NCBI GenBank assembly: GCA_965644295.1
Contig: CBFFRP010000168.1
Span: 58,640-122,639, forward strand
Length of the DNA: 64,000 nucleotides
Reading direction: 5' to 3'
From: Paraphysomonas bandaiensis
Lineage: Eukaryota; Protista; Chrysophyceae
Shown here: in pieces, positions 58,401-64,000 of the stretch
Numbering within the stretch: the stretch's first letter is position 1
Layout of the letters: every line of letters begins with the position of its first letter
Program-made: the position numbers and the translations under genes
Notes under the pieces: model-generated
The model's input: only the letters and a program-made list of their open reading frames with translations
What the model was told of the DNA's origin: nothing
Database searches by the model: none

Positions 58401-61306
58401 TCCTGTTGAAGTATAAAGACATCTTTCGATTAGAAATTCGGAAGGGAAGACCCGCAAAGTTAGAACCGTTTGAGCTCGAAGTCCGGAACCCGGAGGAAAC
58501 GTGGTTTATACCGGCAAATAAATTGCCTCCTAGGAGGTTGGATAGGAGTCGACAGAGGGAACTCCAGCGTTTAGTGGAAAAGTTAGAGCGGTTGGGAGCG
58601 ATACAACCTAGCTCGGCCACACACTATAGTCATCCTTTTGTAGTACCTAAGCCGAATAATAAGTGGCGTTTGGTGTTGGATTATAAGAATCTCAACAAGG
58701 TTACTACCTCTGAAAGCTGGCCAATTCCGAACATTAGGGATATGATTTATCGGATTGGTGAGAAACGTCCTAAGTTCTTTGTAGTGATGGATCTCACGTC
58801 TGGGTATCATCAGGCGCCAGTGGGCGAGAAGTCCCGTGCCTGGGTCGCCTTTATTACTCAAAACGGGGTGTACGAGTGGCTCCGGCTCCCCATGGGTTTG
58901 AAAGGTGCCCCATCCTACTTCCAGCGGCAAATGCAAAGTGTTGTACTAGCGGGTTTAGTCTATAAGATTTGTGAGATATATCTCGATGATTGTATTATAT
59001 TTGCTAGCTCGGAAGAGGAGCTGATTGAAAATTTATCAGCAGTTTTAGAGAGATTTAAGAAGTTTGGCCTTACAGTTAACCCTAAGAAGTGTGTCTTTGG
59101 GGTCTCAGAGGTAGAGGCTGTGGGTCATAAGATCAATGAGTTTGGTCATACCTTTACTAGAGAGCGGATTGATAGTATATTGGCTATCCCGCGTCCTAAT
59201 ACCCAGAAACAGTTGAAACAGTTCATGGGTGTAGCAAATTTTGTAAGAGATTGCGTACGCGAATATGCACTGATTGCGAAACCATTGCATGCAATGTTGG
59301 GGAATTATACTAAGTCGCAGGCTCGACGTAAGGTGTTGCACTGGACAGAGGAGTCCAGTGTTGCCTTTGATGTGCTAAGGGAGCGCATTCATGAGTGTCC
59401 CTTGTTATTTTTTATGGATGATGTTTCCCCCATCTTCCTATATACTGACGCGTCAATAATTGGTATAGGGGCACACTTGGTGCAAGTCGTGGAGGGTCAC
59501 GAGCGCACGATTGGGATGATTAGTAAGGCGTTCGACTCAACGTTAGCTAAGTGGCACACCTGCGAGCAGGAAGGTTTTGCCATCTTTTATGCATTAAATA
59601 AGTGGGAATACTTGTTGAGGGATCGACGTTTTACGGTTCGAACCGATCACGATAATTTACGTCAACTCAAACAGGAGTATGGCCACATAAAACGAGTGCA
59701 GCGCTGGTTTATGTGTTTTCAGTCGTTTGATATCGTGTTCGAACACCTTCCAGGGGAGATGAATGTGGTGGCTGATGCTCTTAGTCGAGTTTGTGGGGTG
59801 GACGCATCCGACGAGGTCGATGACAATCTGTGTTCTTCTCTCGAGCGGTGCCTGGAGGAAGAGTCGCATACTGAGGATCAGCGCATCCCTAATCACTTCT
59901 GGAAGGCAATTAAGGCTTGTCACAATAGTGTAGTAGGCCACCATGGGGTGGAACGTACAATGGGAAAGTTGCGAAGGAGCAACAATAATTGGAAGAACAT
60001 GCGTCAGCATGTTATACGTTTTATTAAGTGTTGTGTGTGTTGTCAAAAGATGTCAACTATTAAGCCGGCAGTGTGGGTTCGGCCTTTTACTCTATCTAAG
60101 TATTCCATGGGTGAGTGTATCTATATGGATTATATCGAGGGTTTGATTCCCGATGAGTATGGGTATACTAGCATTCTGGTGATGATTGATGCCTTTTCAC
60201 GGTGGGCTGAGTTATTTCCTACCAAGGGTATCTCAGCAAAGGACACGGCACGAGCGTTGTTGCATTATTTTGGCCGATTTTCGATGTGTTCGATTTGTAA
60301 GCTCACTTCAGATAAAGGGAGGGCCTTTATGTCCGATATTGTTCGGGAGGTGAGATCTTTGTTAGGGGTGGAGCACTCCTTTACAGTAGAGTATTCAAAG
60401 GAGGAGAATGGTATGGTTGAGAGGGAGAATAAGGAAATTCTCCGTCATCTGAGGAATATTATTTTCGAGAAAGTGGTCTTGAAAAATTGGTCTGATGTGC
60501 TGCCAATGGTGCAGCGGATTTTGAATGCGGCAATCCATGGGTCGACAGGAGTGGCCCCAGCACAATTAGTATATGGAGATGCCATAAACCTAGATGCAGG
60601 CTTTATTTTAGATAGGAAGAATTTGTCTCCAAGGGAGGAGAAGGATCTGTCCGAGTGGGTGGCAGATAGACTCGCAGCTCAGGAGAGGGTGCGAGTGTAT
60701 GCTCGTCAGAATCTGGAGATTCGGGATCAACACCATATCGAGTCCAATATGCCCGAGGGTGTTTCGTCGTACCCGGTGGGGGCATTTGTGCTAGTGGAAC
60801 ACAGGCATAACTCGTTACGGACAGGTCCAACGAGCAAGTTGTTGCCCTATTTGAAAGGGCCTATGGAGGTGGTTGGTGTGGAAGGACCAATTTACACCTT
60901 GAAAAATTTAGTGTCGAGAGGACAGGCACGGTATCATATATCTAAGCTGCGGCCTTTTTGTTTTGATCCGAGGGTGGATGATCCCGTACAAGTGGCGTTA
61001 CGGGATGACGTTGAGGGTACCAAGTTTGTGATGGAGAAGATTACAAACATGAGGGGCGACCCTAAAGGTTCGCGGTGGGATTTGTTCTTTGAAGTATACT
61101 GGTCAAATTACGATGTTCCGACGTGGGAGTCGTGGAAGACAGTACGAGGAACAGATGCGTTATTGAAGTACTTGAAGACGCACTCTAGTTATACAGTACG
61201 AGCCCTATTACCCAGGAGAGGGAAGAAGCGCTCCAGGTCTCCAGACACGGCGGCAGAGGAAGTCATTTCAAGTGAGGATGAGTCGTCGCAACAGTCAGGA
61301 GTTTGA
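55415..61306 (+). mobile_element. Gypsy-type chromodomain retrotransposon (element G2); putative 5' LTR 55415-55606; no 3' LTR found in the window
   Basis: Starts TGTG immediately after the microsatellite. Putative LTR end ...TCACA at 55606. Intact polyprotein follows. The LTR end is inferred because no second copy is present. Confidence 0.8.
55628..61306 (+). CDS. G2 gag-pol polyprotein (RS/acidic gag, PR, RT, RH, IN, chromodomain), single 1892-aa ORF
   Basis: CNVCGRPKEWHKSAEC knuckle; LLDTGA; WRLVLDY, DLTSGYHQ, PMGL, YLDD; TDAS, TDH, ADALSR; HN...GHHG...CVCC, YMD/SDKG/NGMVER; KGPM; EKITNMRGDP...VYW...TWE. Confidence 0.95.
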   Translation: MTRRTRSAKRSEEEKIEERVQEKPMASTSREEEEEAVVSSSELPTQRVAEEESLTTPNVEVVNEGNQGNPEGESGWEVETWAALGEATVDEEGLSLPPNSSSERERVDPQSEERKIKIARKREIREKLRENKEWEASRGGKESPKGREERSSSEEFERSGRSRERSRSYSDSGGEEYEERGRSRRRSSSRREEYYERSGRSRKGRSRDRSSRSSGRRSKRSRREESSRRLRASELELESLRQEVQQLRSSLEGQRSTGGDRSGGAPAIPRQSSIGRAEEASSSSSTLLVTSNDVPPLVALTYDAVEDYIEKCRLYFHKSGGREVDRSLISAKMAAKIDFMRGDVNGKVDDWKDPKVLPSEDFYAFLRKMVKDQGHVEVVEPFQHIREWAREVRTFRNVKDVMDWGADLKLKLEKEEGSGTWEENKVWIEDFKRSLRIDLPFHDQARRNRFLTEKVQPIFESLSEDKRNLLGYLTALHKAVTAIRDGWEAVGPFDLFVARQWPRGSMGGRSEADQRDRKGADQRERKRTHSPARSSQGGSSSAGKATKRAKSSSQTDVSKVPDSDRCNVCGRPKEWHKSAECPLKQAAGANLDPNVKWRECAVAKDILAKRGQHTLPREGWVLRQSGSYGKGSKGESHDVHSDVMAIMALKSFSSLPFITVVVCNEQGKKRTCKALLDTGASANFISKNVAEWLVDSGSIPIPVSKNIAGGFKSASALCERGVSLNVEIFTEVKEPPVLQARIDAWELDLNFELILGVHTVRNLDLVVQCPSAFMSSDKARRVADVVGDSAFPLARERDDQSGGAVSPSLGVHASYPCGGERASVRLPLRKNYNLEVRGKLAPLEVGISDKGEDWSYPAEEQLLSMGEDLSNFSKRSAWDREDMKEIRNDQLESIDSDYLDSEGESPTIPEKVYGSPDLQEKIRGVLLKYKDIFRLEIRKGRPAKLEPFELEVRNPEETWFIPANKLPPRRLDRSRQRELQRLVEKLERLGAIQPSSATHYSHPFVVPKPNNKWRLVLDYKNLNKVTTSESWPIPNIRDMIYRIGEKRPKFFVVMDLTSGYHQAPVGEKSRAWVAFITQNGVYEWLRLPMGLKGAPSYFQRQMQSVVLAGLVYKICEIYLDDCIIFASSEEELIENLSAVLERFKKFGLTVNPKKCVFGVSEVEAVGHKINEFGHTFTRERIDSILAIPRPNTQKQLKQFMGVANFVRDCVREYALIAKPLHAMLGNYTKSQARRKVLHWTEESSVAFDVLRERIHECPLLFFMDDVSPIFLYTDASIIGIGAHLVQVVEGHERTIGMISKAFDSTLAKWHTCEQEGFAIFYALNKWEYLLRDRRFTVRTDHDNLRQLKQEYGHIKRVQRWFMCFQSFDIVFEHLPGEMNVVADALSRVCGVDASDEVDDNLCSSLERCLEEESHTEDQRIPNHFWKAIKACHNSVVGHHGVERTMGKLRRSNNNWKNMRQHVIRFIKCCVCCQKMSTIKPAVWVRPFTLSKYSMGECIYMDYIEGLIPDEYGYTSILVMIDAFSRWAELFPTKGISAKDTARALLHYFGRFSMCSICKLTSDKGRAFMSDIVREVRSLLGVEHSFTVEYSKEENGMVERENKEILRHLRNIIFEKVVLKNWSDVLPMVQRILNAAIHGSTGVAPAQLVYGDAINLDAGFILDRKNLSPREEKDLSEWVADRLAAQERVRVYARQNLEIRDQHHIESNMPEGVSSYPVGAFVLVEHRHNSLRTGPTSKLLPYLKGPMEVVGVEGPIYTLKNLVSRGQARYHISKLRPFCFDPRVDDPVQVALRDDVEGTKFVMEKITNMRGDPKGSRWDLFFEVYWSNYDVPTWESWKTVRGTDALLKYLKTHSSYTVRALLPRRGKKRSRSPDTAAEEVISSEDESSQQSGV

Positions 61307-61642
61307 TCTATGAGTTTTGACGGTTAGAATCCGCTCTGTCCAGGTGATGGACACCTATGAGAAGGTTCTCATACATCACAGTTTAGTTGGAGTGATCAGT
61401 AGGATAGTAGGGGTGATTTTTGTGGGTGTTGTTTTTTTGTTGCTAGAATGTGTCGTTTTTTTTTAGTTCATGTGCCACATTTTTTTCTGTAAAATGTGGA
61501 AGGTACCGTACTCAAGCCCGCACCATAATGGTGTGGAACTATATAAGTGGTGATGATGAGTGACCAGTGGTATGTATGGTGTTGCTGGTGAGTAATAGAT
61601 CCAGGGAGGTGGGTGTTGAAGGAGGAGCTCTCTCATCACAGC

Positions 61643-62617
61643 ATGGTATCATACATACAGAACATAATAACAGCGAGAACATATCATAGTAGCATGGAAT
61701 CAACTACCACGGAATCAACTACCACGGAATCAACTACCACGGAATCAACTACCACAGGGGGCATTAGAAAAGTCGGTGATGGGGAAACCAAAAATCGTAA
61801 CTCCTCTGCGTTAGCTCAGTTTGCGAAGTACTTGGAGATGCGGTTCGACGGGAAGAAGAGGTATAAGGAACTCATAGACAGTGATATAAATGTAGAACTA
61901 TTTCAATGTTTCGGTGGCTTTTTGATCGATCACGCCGTCCATGGAACAACGAAGAAGCCTTTGACCCTAGGTACTGCTTGGCAGTATTTGTCAGACACGA
62001 AGACTGCGCTGACGAAGCGATTTAAAAGAAATGAGTTATTAAGCAGCTCCAATGAGCTGTGGTACAAAGATGTGAGAGCGGCAGTATCAAAGCATATTAT
62101 CAAGCGGTGTATCGCACAAGGAGTGCGTATATCAGAGAAAACAAGTCCAGTGGGGAAAGAACTAATGAAGCGCATAGGTGAATACATTATACATCGGGCA
62201 TCTGATTTCTCCGGTAAGTGGACATACTTCACATATCTATGATTTACTGTATACCCTATGGTAGACAACGTCAACAAACAGAAAAAACTAAATCGAGTAT
62301 TGACTAAAGGACTCGGCCTATTGTACGATGACGAGAAACGTTTTCTTGATGAGCCGAAACCCTGTATGGCAAGTCAGTCTACTTCGTACAGAGAATGGAA
62401 GAGTAATTTAAAATGCATAGCTGAAAAGGTTGAATTGCGTGTTATTGTTGATTTATTTGGTCAGGAAAATTACGACAAGTTTCACCCCAAAAAAAAAGCC
62501 TCTAAGAAATACATAAACAGTATATATGATGCAATGAGTGCACGAAGGGACAGTGATGGTAACATTATTCCAAGGACAAAGAAAAGGAAACTTCAGTCTG
62601 ATGTTAGTAATCTGTAG
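61643..62617 (+). CDS. Spliced ORF resembling the N-terminal (core-binding) part of Crypton-type tyrosine recombinases, with no catalytic domain; exons 61643 (or 61694)-62213 and 62265-62617
   Basis: 51-nt GTAAGT...TAG intron joins the two ORFs in frame. LTLGTAWQYLS..K..L..RF...WY..VR...R....G....K..P resembles such domains. No R-H-x-x-R-Y catalytic set is seen. Resemblance only. Confidence 0.5.
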
Positions 62618-63145
62618 AATGCCAATATATGTATTCATTTATAACCACTCCATCAACTTTTTATAATGTACCCTTATAATTAATGATTCATTAGTAATTG
62701 GAATACATCGTATCATTATTTACAGAGCATACAACAGTATAATCAACCATTACAGCGTTCAGCATTTTATTATTCGACACAGTCTGATGTTAGTAATCTG
62801 TAGAATGCCTATATGTATTCATTTATAACCACTCCATCAACTTTTTATAATGTACCCTTATAATTAATGATTCATTAGTAATTGGAATACATCGTATCAT
62901 TATTTACAGAGCATACAACAGTATAATCAACCATTACAGCGTGCAGCATTTTATTATTCGACACAGTCTGATGTTAGTAATCTGTAGAATGCCTATATGT
63001 ATTCATTTATAACCACTCCATCAACTTTTTATACTGTACCCTTATAATTAATGATTCATTAGTAATTGGAATACATCGTATCATTATTTACAGAGCATAC
63101 AACAGTATAATCAACCATCACAGCGTTCAGCATTTTATTATTCCA
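62594..63145. repeat. Tandem repeat, ~185-bp unit x3
   Basis: CAGTCTGATGTTAGTAATCTGTAGAATGCC at 62594, 62780 and 62964. Confidence 0.95.
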
Positions 63146-63527
63146 CACCGTTCAGAATTCTTATCACATACAGCCATACTGCATACCCTTACACAACATG
63201 ACACATATTCACTGCAAGATGGAACAGGGGCAGCCGGGCGCTTGTGTCGCTTAGGCATCCCTCTTGCACCGGTAAGTATAAACGTCATTGCGCCTACAAC
63301 AGCATAATAAACCATCACAGCCTTCAGCATTTTATTATTCCACACCGTTCAGAATTCTTATCACATACAGCCATACTGCATACCCTTACACAACATGACA
63401 CATATTCACTGCAAGATGGTACAGGGGCAGCCGGGCGCTTGTGTCGCTTAGGCATCCCTCTTGCACCGGTAAGTATAAACGTCATTGCGCCTACAACAGC
63501 ATAATAAACCATGACAACATTCAGCAT
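63126..63527. repeat. Tandem repeat, 197-bp unit x2
   Basis: TTCAGCATTTTATTATTCCACACCGTTCAG at 63126 and 63323; TTCAGCAT again at 63520. Confidence 0.95.
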
Positions 63528-64000
63528 ATCATATACCATCACACAACATAGTGCATGCATGATATACAGCCTTCTATTCCTTCAAATGTACCACTTCTCA
63601 TCTCTCTACATACCTGACACTTTAAATAGGATGATGGGAGCATGATGCTCCCACCTGGAATTCAATCATTGATATCCATATCAAATCACTTCATACCATA
63701 ATATACAGCCCTTCACAGTTCCTCTCCATACAGCCTTATAAACCTCGTCCAGTAACTGCATATCTCATCTCACAGTTTCATGAAATAAGATGGTAGCAAC
63801 ATGTTATCACCTATCATTCAAGCACTCATTAACGTGTATCTGCTGCATATGGCTGCCTCGTCATATTACTATATACATATACTCGATGCATGTGATATGA
63901 TGCACTATGCTATGATGCACTCTGCTGATTGGATCACTCGATGGGCGCACTTGCTGTGCGGCCTTTGTGTAAAAACAAGGGTGCGGGATCCCGCACCTGC

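Noticed and set aside
55628-62617. DIRS/tyrosine-recombinase retrotransposon
   Set aside because: G2 has its own protease and DDE integrase, and the downstream ORF lacks recombinase catalytic motifs.
62594-63527. CRISPR-like array
   Set aside because: Units repeat in full with no unique spacers, there are no cas genes, and the context is eukaryotic.

Overview
Eukaryotic genomic DNA with compact genes and very short GT-AG introns (many about 48-60 nt). It is probably a protist; a stramenopile is my guess from protein styles and is not proven. The first 22 kb holds host genes: a double winged-helix/LOTUS-like protein, an MFS transporter, a YrhK-type membrane protein, an intronless EEP-family nuclease/phosphatase, a large surface protein (2 deacetylase-like domains + lyase-like domain + 3 C-type lectins + TM) and PGM3/AGM1, interspersed with foldback/MITE-like elements. 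From 22 to 48 kb is a rearranged tandem array whose units share flanks. Three units carry an unknown gene ('gene X') with Ser/acidic repeats; a fourth carries an F-box/CPW-ankyrin gene split by a young RT-less Gypsy element. A UDP-glucuronate 4-epimerase-like gene follows, then a (TATG)n tract containing a complete Copia element and abutting a second Gypsy element, then a spliced ORF resembling a tyrosine-recombinase N-terminus and tandem repeats. Most notable: none of the three LTR elements has a tRNA-type (TGG...) primer-binding site. The Copia has a 16-nt PBS perfectly complementary to its own LTR (Tf1-like self-priming) and CG...CG termini. Both Gypsy elements have a different perfect 12-bp palindrome starting on the last base of the 5' LTR (that boundary is confirmed for one and inferred for the other). 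All calls were made by eye, without database searches.
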